A stretch of DNA of 64,000 bases from an uncultured Vicinamibacteraceae bacterium (GCA_964585855.1 CAZPFK010000002.1:893-64892), one strand, 5' to 3'; counted from the first letter of the stretch, positions 1-10,396 are shown. The notes: generated from the sequence alone by a model not told the origin. Translations and numbers: made by a program.

Positions 1-1558
<1,558 letters not shown>

Positions 1559-1770
1559 GCCGACCACAGACCGTCACGAGTTCCCTCGTCACGTCCCGTC
1601 GCCGCCGCATACAAACAACCTGCACGATCACGATCATCGTGCGTTCAACCGGCTTCGCGAGTACAAAGCCGGCCGAAAAGCCTGTTCAATTCTCTCGAGA
1701 GACTCGATGAACACCCGCCAATCAATGGATTGACTTGTGTTCGAATCTCACTTCGTTGCCAGTTCTTCAC

Positions 1771-1783
1771 TTGCCAAAGAGCC
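1771..1783 (-). promoter_or_regulatory. boxA-like antitermination element in the 23S leader
   Basis: Minus strand reads GGCTCTTTGGCAA, against E. coli rrn boxA TGCTCTTTAACAA (10 of 13). It lies between the putative promoter and the mature 23S 5' end. Confidence 0.4.
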
Positions 1784-1846
1784 GCCGAACCCGGTGGCAA
1801 AGACACCCTCGCAGGCATCCTCGGACCACCCTGAACAGCGTCGGAG

Positions 1847-1874
1847 ATAGTACGCGCCGCCCCACCGCTGTCAA
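1847..1874 (-). promoter_or_regulatory. sigma70-type promoter of the 23S rRNA transcription unit
   Basis: Minus strand: TTGACA (1874-1869), 16-nt spacer, TACTAT (1852-1847). It sits about 290 nt upstream of the mature 23S 5' end. Confidence 0.55.
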
Positions 1875-1875
1875 G

Positions 1876-1906
1876 ACGGAAGGGGCCATTTTCAGGCCCC
1901 TTCCGT
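1876..1906 (-). terminator. stem-loop after CDS 1943-3922 (putative intrinsic terminator without a U-tract)
   Basis: Perfect 12-bp stem ACGGAAGGGGCC / GGCCCCTTCCGT with a 7-nt loop. It begins 37 nt after the stop codon and directly abuts the -35 box of the rRNA promoter. Confidence 0.45.
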
Positions 1907-1942
1907 AAACCATTCTTCACCAGACCCTGACGCCCGCCGAAC

Positions 1943-3922
1943 TCACGGCTCCGTCGCCTGGGCCGCCATCGCCCGCAGACGCAGCCGCTGCTCGCTGTTC
2001 CGGTGCTCGTCAGGGTTCACCGTCAGGATCGAGCCATCCTCCAGCGCCACCAGCACCCGCACGTTCCGCGTCAGCCCGCTCCCGCCGGAACTCTCCAGAA
2101 CATCCAGAAGCACCGAACCGGTGAAGAAATCCACCTCCACCGGCCGGCTCTCCTCATCCACCCCCACCGCCCGGAGGTCGCCGATCGGATCCCCGGGCTT
2201 CAGCGTCGTCAGCGACATGTGCTGCTGCCCGTTCGTGTAGTAGTACACCTCAACCTGCGCGTTCCGGTCCGTCGGCGCCGTACCCCCCTTCCCCCCGATG
2301 ACGAAAAACTCCTTCGGCGGACTCACACGGATCGGCTCGCTCCACTCCGTCGGCTCCGACAGCGTCACCGCCGAAGCCGCAAGCGCCCGCTGCTCCTCCC
2401 CGAGACGATCCTCGCGGCCGAAGAAGGGGTTGTACCAGCCGACCCGCAGGCGATACCGGTAGACGTTGCCCGGCTCAGCCGTCACATCATGGGCCCAGAT
2501 GCGAATCTCCTCCTGCTCAAAGAGCGGAAGCGCACGACCCGTCGGCTGCCGTCCCGTCACCCCGCGTCCCCCCTCAGGGGCAGGCGCTCCCTTGCCGCCG
2601 CCCTCCGGCGTCGGGCCGCCCTCCATGCCCCAGCCCTCGGGGCCTTGCTGCAGTTCCTGGCCGCCCTCCTGAACCGGGAAGCGCTCCGGGCCGCGCCCTC
2701 CCGGCGTCTCCGCCGGCCGCTGATCCTCCCACGGGAAGTTGAAGGTCGGCACCTCATCGAGCACCGCCTGCTTCGCATCTTCGTAGGCCTTCTTCGCCGC
2801 GGCAATCTCCGACTGCAGCCGCTCAACGGCCGACTTCTGCCGGTCCTGGCTGCTGGTGTCCGGCTGATCGCTTGCGCCGCCGCCCTCAGGACCGCCGCCT
2901 TCCGGCCCGACACCCCTGCCCCCCGGCTCATCCATGGGTGCGTTCTGGTCACGACGATCGCGACCCTCAAGGCGCGCCAGACGCGTCTCGAGGTCCTGAA
3001 CCTTCAGATACGCCGCGCGGGCCATGCCGACCAGCCGCCGGGTCTCCTCATTCATGTCCTGCATCGTCTGCATCGTGTCAGGCGACCACTCCTCTCCGCT
3101 CTGCAGCGGCAGGAAGGGCGGCTGCCAGATCTGCGAACCGTATCGCTGCAGCCCCTGACGAACCTCGGGCATCTGCGACGACGTCGCCCCATCCAGCATC
3201 GGACGGACCGACGGCTGACCGGGGAGAATCGAAACCGTCTCCACCGGGCCCCAGGTCCGGCCGTCCGCCCCCAGTTGCTGACGCTCGATCACGACGTCAA
3301 AGAGCGCAGCATCGTTCTCCCACCACGCGGCGGGAATCGATCGCTGCCCTGAATCGGCCGACACCAGCGCCTCCCGCAACTCCACTCCGCTGACCTCGCC
3401 GAAGACGTGTACAGCGGTAATGTCCAGCGTCTCCCGCCCGGCCAGCATCTCGGCAACCTCCGGCATCTCCGAGCTCACCGTGTCCGCCAGCGTGTAATGC
3501 GCTGAGCGGACGGAGAGCTCCTTCGGGGCCGGTGGCTCGAAGGCGGCGTAGTTGCTGTCCACGTTGATCAGCGTCGAGTCGTTCTCGCCGACAGTCAGCG
3601 GCACCGGACGCACCAGCGCCACGGCCAGCGCCGGAGTCTCCTCCGACCCTGAGGCCTCGAAGCGTTCGTTGAACCACTCCGTCAGACTGCCGCTCATCTG
3701 GACCTCAAGCCCCTGCGTCGAATCCAGGTTTCGCTGCAGTGACTCCGCCTGGCTCCGCAGTTCCGCATCCACACGAGACGGCGGAACCGGCTGGTTGTTG
3801 ATCTGCACCGTGTTCTGCATCAGCACCTGCCGCGCACCGAGACCCGCAACAACGAGTCCCGCCACGCCGATCACGATCTTCTCAATGTGCTGTTCGAAGA
3901 AATTGATTCCTTTGGGTTTCAT
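1943..3922 (-). CDS. 659-aa bitopic membrane protein, third gene of the PilMN-like operon; function unknown
   Basis: ATG with GAGAGGTG about 10 nt upstream. Single N-terminal TM helix (IVIGVAGLVVAGLGA). A central coiled-coil-like segment is flanked by two Gly-rich modules. The C-terminal domain is beta-rich (IRIWAHDVTAEPGNVYRYRLRV...). G/C-ending codons predominate, as in neighbouring genes. Confidence 0.8.
   Translation of the reverse strand: MKPKGINFFEQHIEKIVIGVAGLVVAGLGARQVLMQNTVQINNQPVPPSRVDAELRSQAESLQRNLDSTQGLEVQMSGSLTEWFNERFEASGSEETPALAVALVRPVPLTVGENDSTLINVDSNYAAFEPPAPKELSVRSAHYTLADTVSSEMPEVAEMLAGRETLDITAVHVFGEVSGVELREALVSADSGQRSIPAAWWENDAALFDVVIERQQLGADGRTWGPVETVSILPGQPSVRPMLDGATSSQMPEVRQGLQRYGSQIWQPPFLPLQSGEEWSPDTMQTMQDMNEETRRLVGMARAAYLKVQDLETRLARLEGRDRRDQNAPMDEPGGRGVGPEGGGPEGGGASDQPDTSSQDRQKSAVERLQSEIAAAKKAYEDAKQAVLDEVPTFNFPWEDQRPAETPGGRGPERFPVQEGGQELQQGPEGWGMEGGPTPEGGGKGAPAPEGGRGVTGRQPTGRALPLFEQEEIRIWAHDVTAEPGNVYRYRLRVGWYNPFFGREDRLGEEQRALAASAVTLSEPTEWSEPIRVSPPKEFFVIGGKGGTAPTDRNAQVEVYYYTNGQQHMSLTTLKPGDPIGDLRAVGVDEESRPVEVDFFTGSVLLDVLESSGGSGLTRNVRVLVALEDGSILTVNPDEHRNSEQRLRLRAMAAQATEP
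2558..2710 (-). repeat. Gly-rich low-complexity module (aa 405-455 of the 659-aa protein)
   Basis: Translates to ETPGGRGPERFPVQEGGQELQQGPEGWGMEGGPTPEGGGKGAPAPEGGRGV. Confidence 0.85.
2873..2932 (-). repeat. Gly-rich low-complexity module (aa 331-350 of the 659-aa protein)
   Basis: Translates to DEPGGRGVGPEGGGPEGGGA. Confidence 0.85.
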
Positions 3923-4015
3923 AGTCTTTGCACCTCTCGCCGATCCCGGCGATCAAGTGGGTTTTTGTCAGTTCAATCCGGCAACGCACGCTCAGACGAG
4001 CATTTCGTTGTCGAC

Positions 4016-5464
4016 TCAGCCGTCCTGCGGCTCCGTGTCCGACTCCTCCTCGGCGATGCCGAGCATTTCCTTGAACGGAGCAGGCATCAGCGGAACAGTC
4101 CATTCCCGAAGCCACAGCGTCTCAAGCCGCAGTTCAACCTGCACGATGGGCTCGCTTCCGTAGAAGTACCCCATCGCCAGTTCCGCCAGCGGATCAACGG
4201 CGACGATGTTCATCCCCAGAACCGTGACGAAGTCCGCACGCTCCAGGGCCTCGATGAACGCCGGCAGCCGTCGGCTGTCAGCGATCACCGTCAGCGTCAC
4301 GTTCCGAACGTCATACAGCCCGTTGGAGGTCCGACCCGTAATCGACGCCGTGAAGTCCCGCGACAGGGGCTGATCCGGATCGGTCACCACCGGCGCCGCC
4401 ATCGGCCCTGACGGGGTCGGAGTCGAGCGACCGCCGGCCTTGCCGCCGCCCTCGAAGCCGCGGCCGCCTTCAACCCCCATCCCTCCGCCTTCGACGCCCA
4501 TGCCGCCGTACTCCGACGCTGCTTGTGCGTCAAACGCGGCAGCAGCCAGGTTCTCGCGCCGGTCCCGGGCGGCCTGGCGCATCGACGGGTTGATCATCGG
4601 ATCGGCCTGGATCGACACGATCCGCTTCACCACCGACGAGGGCAGTGCGAAAATGGGGGCTGACTCTCCCTGCTCGTCGAGGTTCACGTTGCGGATCGCC
4701 TCGGCCAGGATCGAGTGCAGCCAGGCATTGTGCTGCCACTCCCACCATTGAAACTCATCCGGCTTGCCGTCGCTGGAGGTCCATCGCTCAAGGGCAAAGA
4801 CGCTCCGGTCGGCGTACACGGAGATCTCCGAGGCCGTCTGGGCATAAATCGCCATCCGGCGCTTGCTCATCTCCTCGGCCAGGCGCGTCCGGTCCGCCGG
4901 CGAGAGGTTCGTCGGCGTCTCGGTGTTGAACTCAGCACGCATGAAGGTCCGCTGAAACTCCGTCAACTGCTCGACAACGCTCTGCGGGTCGGGCGGCGTT
5001 CCGGCGTTCATCAGCGCCAGCAGCGCATCGTGATGCGCAATGTACGGCTCGTACAGTTCGTACGGCAGCACGTCGCGAACGTTGTCGGCCGGCTTGGGCA
5101 GCAGTCCCGGCAGCAACAGCTGATCGTCCTTGCGGTTGATCGACAGGGCCGTCTGGATGATGCCCTCGGCGTCGGCCTTCGTCGCCCGGCGGATCTCCTC
5201 GTACTGGCTGAGAATCGTCCGGTTCAGCGGCAGACTCTCGTTGATTTCAGGAGTGCCCGGCGTCAGCGGCGTGATCACCACGTCCGTCCGTGAGACCCGC
5301 TTCAGTTCGTTGGCCTGCTGGTCAACGCGGCTCTTGATCGACTCGGCCACGCTGCGATTCCAGGATGCGCCCAGAATCGTAAAGAGCGGCAGGCAGATGA
5401 TCATCGCCGCCGACAGCAGCACGATGATCCAGTTGGCTTTGATCCAGGTCAGAATACTGGTCAT
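4016..5464 (-). CDS. 482-aa bitopic membrane protein with a PilO-like C-terminal domain (tentative)
   Basis: Its ATG overlaps the upstream stop (ATGA at 5461-5464), and GAGGAGG lies upstream. N-terminal TM helix (WIIVLLSAAMIICLPLFTILGA). The C-terminal part, YDVRNVTLTVIADSRRLPAFIEALERADFVTVLGMNIV, resembles the PilO/PilN ferredoxin-like module. The protein is more than twice the canonical PilO length. Confidence 0.8.
   Translation of the reverse strand: MTSILTWIKANWIIVLLSAAMIICLPLFTILGASWNRSVAESIKSRVDQQANELKRVSRTDVVITPLTPGTPEINESLPLNRTILSQYEEIRRATKADAEGIIQTALSINRKDDQLLLPGLLPKPADNVRDVLPYELYEPYIAHHDALLALMNAGTPPDPQSVVEQLTEFQRTFMRAEFNTETPTNLSPADRTRLAEEMSKRRMAIYAQTASEISVYADRSVFALERWTSSDGKPDEFQWWEWQHNAWLHSILAEAIRNVNLDEQGESAPIFALPSSVVKRIVSIQADPMINPSMRQAARDRRENLAAAAFDAQAASEYGGMGVEGGGMGVEGGRGFEGGGKAGGRSTPTPSGPMAAPVVTDPDQPLSRDFTASITGRTSNGLYDVRNVTLTVIADSRRLPAFIEALERADFVTVLGMNIVAVDPLAELAMGYFYGSEPIVQVELRLETLWLREWTVPLMPAPFKEMLGIAEEESDTEPQDG
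4427..4510 (-). repeat. Gly-rich low-complexity module (aa 319-346 of the 482-aa protein); three imperfect 21-nt units
   Basis: Translates to YGGMGVEGGGMGVEGGRGFEGGGKAGGR. The units differ at synonymous sites (GGC/GGG, GTC/GTT). Confidence 0.85.
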
Positions 5465-7500
5465 CCCTGCACCTCCTCATCCGCGCCTGCGGAAGCCGGA
5501 GCATTCAGCTCCTCCGGCGAGAGCAATTGAATCGTCCATCGAATCGTCATGCGGTGATACTGGCTCCCGGGCGGATACTTCACCGCCGGCTTGGGCAACT
5601 CAGCCAGCCGGCTGATGTCGGCCGCGCCCATTCCGGGCTGACCGCCCATCCCCCGCTCCCCGATCGGCGGAAGCGGCATGCCCCTGCCGCCCTCCATCTG
5701 CAGCCCGCCGCCCTCAGTCATACCTTCAACGCCGCGGCCGCCTCCGCCCTCCGGGCCCCCGCCCGGCCACACCGGCTGGTTGGGCTGCTGGGCTTCCTCC
5801 GCGACCGTGATTCGCTGGTAGTCCGACGTCGTCGCCTCGGTAATGCGATAGGGAACGCCCGGCCGCGTCGCGTTCATGTGCTGACGCAGCCACGACATCG
5901 CCGTCGCGTTGACAAACTGCAGACCCTGGTCGTTGGGCGTCTCCAGCACCATCTGGATGGCAATCTGCGGCATCGCCGTGCCGCCCTCAGCCGGCGCTGA
6001 GCCGCGTGCATCGGGCTTGATGACCGCATGCTGAAGCGCCCGCAGCTCCAGAACCTGCTGCTGTCCGACCGGAATTGACGAGGCAGCCGACGCGTCCAGT
6101 CCGTCAAACAGTTCCGGCTGCGGCTCCGCCGACGCCAGAATCGCACCGACGTCATTGAGAATCGCCGGCCACACATCGCGGTAATCCAGCATCGCGCGGA
6201 TGTTCAGCGGCCGCGCCGTCACGGCCGTCTCATCCGTAATCGTCTGGAAGTCCGTCTGCAGCGCCTTGGCCTCGCGGATCGTCCGGCTGACTTCCTGCTC
6301 CGCAGCAGGGTCCTGCCGCACATGCGCCCGATCCAGCACCGGCCGGGCGAAGTTCACCAGTGAACCAAGCACCACGACCGCCGCCGCTGCCCCGAACCAC
6401 TTGATCTTCCGGCCCCAGAGGCGCTCGCGCACCACCGGCACGGGAATCAGGTTCACGTCAATGTTCGCCAGCTCCAGCCCCTGCAAAGCAAGGCCGTAAG
6501 CCGTGGCGAAGTTCACAGAATGCTCTGAGAACGCGGTTTCATTTCGGCCCTGCGGGTTCAGACGCTGGAAGGCGTCAAGCCGCGTGACCTCGATCTGCAG
6601 CTGCTGGCTGAGGAACTTCCGCAGCCCCGGCAGTTTGAAGGTCGAGCCGATGCCGATCAGCTTTCCGAGCTCCGCATCCCGATGCAGTGACTGGTAGTAC
6701 CCGATCGACCGCTGCACCTCCTGCGCCAGGTCGGAAAAGACCGGTCGCATCGCCGAGAGAATCTGCCGGCGGTACTTGCTCGTCTGTGCCTCGGCCTTGA
6801 GCTTCTCCGCCTTCGAGTACGTCAGTTTGAAGGAGGAGATCAGCGCCTCGGTGAAGTTGTGCCCGCCGATCGGGAAGGTTCGGATCCAGACGCGACCCTC
6901 CTGAGCGACGATCAGATCGCTGCTGATGGTCCCGATGTCCAGGAAGATCACACCCGGGGCGTTCTCATCGAGCCCGAGATCGTGGTAGAGCCCGTTGTAG
7001 GCGGCCACCGGCGAGAGTGTGATCCCGTCCGGCTGCAGCCCCAGTTCCCCGTACAGGGCGAGCCGGCCGGCCACATACGCCTTGGTCAGGGCGAAGATGC
7101 CGACCTCGACATCAGGCGACCCCTCGTTGGAGAAGGTCTCATAATCCCATTCCACCTCCTCCATGGAGAATGGAATCTGCTGGAAGGCCTCGAAGCGGAC
7201 GATGTCCGGAACCTTCTTGGGCTCCACCGGAGGCAGCTTGGCAAACCGCGCAAACGCGCTGTTGCCGGGAACGCTGACCAGCACCGGGCCGTCGGCCAGG
7301 TCGCGCTGCTGGCTCATGAACTGGCCCAGCGCCAGCCGGATCATCTCATCCTGATCAAGGTCAGGGGTCGAGAGGACCTTTTTGTGCGGAACGTAGGTGA
7401 AATCGGAGAGTCGGGCTTCGTCGCCGTCACGCTCAAGACGCAGGGCCTTGAGTGCGTAAGCGCCGATTTCGATGCCCCATGCAGACCGGGAAGCAGCCAT
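5461..7500 (-). CDS. pilM: Type IV pilus assembly protein PilM fused to a PilN-like transmembrane/periplasmic region (679 aa)
   Basis: AAAGGAG lies 7 nt upstream of the ATG. Residues 1-345 show PilM/actin-like blocks (WGIEIGAYALKALRL, VLVSVPGNSAF, QQIPFSMEEVEWDY, IFLDIGTISSD, GIGSTFKLPGL). These are followed by DVNLIPVP (the PilN NLLP-type motif), a TM helix (WFGAAAAVVVLGSLVNF) and about 295 periplasmic residues. Confidence 0.85.
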   Translation of the reverse strand: MAASRSAWGIEIGAYALKALRLERDGDEARLSDFTYVPHKKVLSTPDLDQDEMIRLALGQFMSQQRDLADGPVLVSVPGNSAFARFAKLPPVEPKKVPDIVRFEAFQQIPFSMEEVEWDYETFSNEGSPDVEVGIFALTKAYVAGRLALYGELGLQPDGITLSPVAAYNGLYHDLGLDENAPGVIFLDIGTISSDLIVAQEGRVWIRTFPIGGHNFTEALISSFKLTYSKAEKLKAEAQTSKYRRQILSAMRPVFSDLAQEVQRSIGYYQSLHRDAELGKLIGIGSTFKLPGLRKFLSQQLQIEVTRLDAFQRLNPQGRNETAFSEHSVNFATAYGLALQGLELANIDVNLIPVPVVRERLWGRKIKWFGAAAAVVVLGSLVNFARPVLDRAHVRQDPAAEQEVSRTIREAKALQTDFQTITDETAVTARPLNIRAMLDYRDVWPAILNDVGAILASAEPQPELFDGLDASAASSIPVGQQQVLELRALQHAVIKPDARGSAPAEGGTAMPQIAIQMVLETPNDQGLQFVNATAMSWLRQHMNATRPGVPYRITEATTSDYQRITVAEEAQQPNQPVWPGGGPEGGGGRGVEGMTEGGGLQMEGGRGMPLPPIGERGMGGQPGMGAADISRLAELPKPAVKYPPGSQYHRMTIRWTIQLLSPEELNAPASAGADEEVQG
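5623..5766 (-). repeat. Gly-rich low-complexity module (aa 579-626 of the PilM-PilN fusion)
   Basis: Translates to PGGGPEGGGGRGVEGMTEGGGLQMEGGRGMPLPPIGERGMGGQPGMGA. Confidence 0.85.
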
Positions 7501-8060
7501 GAATGGCTCCTTTCTGCGCGTGCGACGTCGGCGGGTATGGTCGAACCTCGCCAGGCGCCTGGTCCGGCATGTGACCGTTGCGCGTGCGTTTTAGAATGTG
7601 ATAAGCGACCATTTGTACGCCCCTGCCAGAGGTCCGACGTTCTCTGCGTATGTGCCGGGCATCTCCCAACTCGATCGGGCAGCGTGTGGCCGGGCTTCGC
7701 ATTCGAAGGGCGGCCCAGGGGCTGGGCAATCAAGATTCTGGGCGACGGGCGGCAGTTCCGCAGATGCGTGCGGAGGCCTGGATGCCGGGAGGCGGAACCG
7801 TTGGGTGGACCCGGAAACTCACCGGGAGCACCCTGTTACCAGGATCAACACCTCAGTGTGATCGGCGATACCTTCCTTTCTGACGCGCCAACTCGACGCG
7901 GGAGATGAAGTTGACCCGCCGGCCTCATGGTCAGGCGCCGACGGAAGTTCGCGGCCGGAACCGGCCGCTGCAAGCCTATTAGACAGATTCTCGTAAGCGG
8001 TTTCAACCGTCGGGTCAGGAATTGTGGAAAAACCATGCAAATCGTGAAGTTCGTGCAGCC

Positions 8061-9026
8061 TTACGCACCACCGGACGCCTGCATCCACGCCCACTGCCTC
8101 GCCAGTCCCTCCCCAAGACTCGTCCGCGGCTCATATCCAAGCTCCTCCCGTGCCCGGGAGACATCGGCATACGTCCGCTCCACATCGCCCGGCTGTGGAG
8201 GTGCATGAACCACCTGCGCCCTCGAATTGAGCGCAACTTCAATTGCAGCAACAAGTTCCGAGAGATTGACGGGATGCTCCCCGCCCAGGTTGTAGATCCG
8301 AAACGGCCCCATCGACCCGCAACGTTCAACGGCCGCGACGACACCCGCCACGATGTCCTCCACATAGGTGTAGTCCCGGCTCGTCGATCCATCCCCGAAA
8401 AGCGTGATCGGCTCACCCCGGCTGACAGCGGCCAGAAACCGGGAGATCGCCAGGTCCGGCCGTTGCCGGGGACCAAAGACCGTGAAGAACCGAAGGGCGG
8501 TGACCGGAATCCCCGTCAGATGCACAAATGTTGCGCACAGAAGTTCCGTCGCCACCTTCGTCGCCGCATACGGGCTGATCGGCCGGCTCACATCATGCGA
8601 TTCTGCGAAAGGGACTTCCGGATGATTGCCGTAGACACTTGATGAGCTCGCGACGATGACCTTGGCGCTTCCGAGCCGTGCCGCCGCATCCAGCACCCGC
8701 TGCGTGCCGACGACGTTGGTCAGGGCGTAGCCGGCCGGGTCGGCAATGCTGGGCCGGACCCCCGCGCGGGCCGCAAGATGGCACACCAGCTCGGGTCGCG
8801 CGTTGTCGAAGGCGGCGTTGAGGGCCTCAGCGTCGGTGATGTCCGCCTCCACGAGGCGAAAGGCGGGATGCTTCATCGCCTCGGCGAGGTTCCGCTCCTT
8901 GATCTCGCGGGGGTAGAAAGGGTCAAAGTTGTCAAGTGCGACAACCTCCCACCCGCGCGCCAGCAGCGCATCAACAAGGTGCGATCCGATGAATCCCGCG
9001 CCGCCGGTAATCAGGGCCGTTGCCAT
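8061..9026 (-). CDS. NAD-dependent epimerase/dehydratase (UDP-sugar / UDP-glucuronate 4-epimerase-like)
   Basis: Rossmann motif ITGGAGFIGSHLVDALL immediately after the internal Met chosen as start. SSSSVYG and YAATK (YxxxK) catalytic motifs are present. The 28 upstream codons of the ORF-track model look non-coding. Confidence 0.85.
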   Translation of the reverse strand: MATALITGGAGFIGSHLVDALLARGWEVVALDNFDPFYPREIKERNLAEAMKHPAFRLVEADITDAEALNAAFDNARPELVCHLAARAGVRPSIADPAGYALTNVVGTQRVLDAAARLGSAKVIVASSSSVYGNHPEVPFAESHDVSRPISPYAATKVATELLCATFVHLTGIPVTALRFFTVFGPRQRPDLAISRFLAAVSRGEPITLFGDGSTSRDYTYVEDIVAGVVAAVERCGSMGPFRIYNLGGEHPVNLSELVAAIEVALNSRAQVVHAPPQPGDVERTYADVSRAREELGYEPRTSLGEGLARQWAWMQASGGA

Positions 9027-9100
9027 CGCTGCCACATCGTAGCCGCCGGGCCGACTCGCCGGGCCGCGACGGAACCGTGCAGTCCTCATACCGTCAGGGC

Positions 9101-9649
9101 ATGAAACCAATCGCCCCGATCCTGCTCTTCGCCGCTGCGGTCACTCTCCTCGCAGCGCTGACCGCCTCCGCCCAGCCCGGTTCCGGAGACCTTGTCGCCG
9201 ATCCGGTCATCCTCGTCCGCGATGCGAGCGGAAGCCTCGAACGCTATGAGCCGCAGACCCAGAGTGACGGAACCGTCATCTACGTGCCCGCTGCCGGCGA
9301 GCGTATCGCGGCGCCGTCTTCGGGGACCTGGGTCTGGGGGCTTTTTCTCTTCGGGTTGCTGGGGCAGGCGATGTTCATGGGGCGCTTCCTGCTGCAGTGG
9401 TGGGTCAGTGAGCGGCTGCGCAAGAGCGTCATCCCCGTCGGCTTCTGGTGGCTCAGTCTGATCGGTTCGCTGATGCTCTTTGCCTATTTTCTGCTCCGCC
9501 TCGAACCCATCGGCATGCTCGGGCAGTGCATGGGCATGCCGATCTATGCGCGCAATCTGTATTTCGTCATCCGCGATCGACGCGTCGGAACACTCGACGA
9601 ACACGACCCGGCCGAGAACCCCGTTGCCGATCCAAACGCCGAAATCTGA
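9101..9649 (+). CDS. Membrane protein with a lipid-A-biosynthesis N-terminal (LAB_N) domain
   Basis: Signal peptide MKPIAPILLFAAAVTLLAALTASAQ. The segment GQAMFMGRFLLQWWVSERLRKSVIPVGFWWLSLIGSLMLFAYFLLR matches the LAB_N signature as I remember it. Confidence 0.7.
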   Translation: MKPIAPILLFAAAVTLLAALTASAQPGSGDLVADPVILVRDASGSLERYEPQTQSDGTVIYVPAAGERIAAPSSGTWVWGLFLFGLLGQAMFMGRFLLQWWVSERLRKSVIPVGFWWLSLIGSLMLFAYFLLRLEPIGMLGQCMGMPIYARNLYFVIRDRRVGTLDEHDPAENPVADPNAEI

Positions 9650-9655
9650 GCCGGC

Positions 9656-10396
9656 TCAAGCGTCGTCTGCGTCCACGATGTCGCAGTTGGCGTAGACCTT
9701 CTGCACATCGTCGTGCTCCTCAAGCGCTTCCAGCATCCGCACGACGCGGTCAGCATTGCTTCCCGAGCAGGCGACCAGAAGGTTGGGCACCATCGTCACC
9801 TCCGCGCTGACCACCTTCAGCCCTGCCGACTCCAGCGCATCACGCACCGGATAGCAGTCGGCCGGCTGGGTCAGAATCTCAAAACCGCCCTCAGCGGCCT
9901 TGATGTCCTCGGCCCCCGCCTCCAGGCCGACCTCCATCACGCGGTCTTCCTGCTCCGGCCCGGCTTCGACGTAAATGGCCCCGCGCTGGGAAAAACCGAA
10001 GGCCACCGACCCGGAAACGCCGAGGTTGCCGCCGGCCTTTTCGAAGAGCTTGCGGATCTCCGGAGCCGTGCGATTGAGGTTGTCGGTAATGCAGTCGATC
10101 ATGATCGCCACGCCGCCCGGCCCGTATCCCTCGTAGCGGATTTCATGGATGGTCTCACCGGGCCCGAGTTCGCCGGCCCCCTTTTTGATGGCCTTCTCGA
10201 TGGTGTCCTTGGGCATGTTGACACTTTTGGCCTCTTCGATCGCATAGCGGAGCGAGAGGTTCATCTCCGGGTCACCGCCGCCGGCCCGGGCCGCCGCCAT
10301 GATCGCCTTGGAACACTTCGACCACGCCTTGCCCTTGACGGCATCCTGTCGGGCTTTGCGGTGCTTGATGTTGGCCCATTTGCTGTGGCCGGCCAT
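9656..10396 (-). CDS. yebC: YebC/PmpR family DNA-binding transcriptional regulator
   Basis: N-terminus MAGHSKWANIKHRKARQDAVKGK is diagnostic. Length is 246 aa. GAGGA Shine-Dalgarno upstream. Confidence 0.93.
   Translation of the reverse strand: MAGHSKWANIKHRKARQDAVKGKAWSKCSKAIMAAARAGGGDPEMNLSLRYAIEEAKSVNMPKDTIEKAIKKGAGELGPGETIHEIRYEGYGPGGVAIMIDCITDNLNRTAPEIRKLFEKAGGNLGVSGSVAFGFSQRGAIYVEAGPEQEDRVMEVGLEAGAEDIKAAEGGFEILTQPADCYPVRDALESAGLKVVSAEVTMVPNLLVACSGSNADRVVRMLEALEEHDDVQKVYANCDIVDADDA

Noticed and set aside
7833-7843. SRP (4.5S) RNA-like string CTGTTACCAGG in the 560-bp gap
   Set aside because: It resembles CUGUUUACCAGG of E. coli 4.5S RNA. However, the following GGUCCGGAAGGAAGCAGCC domain IV core is absent on either strand. 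This is probably a chance match.
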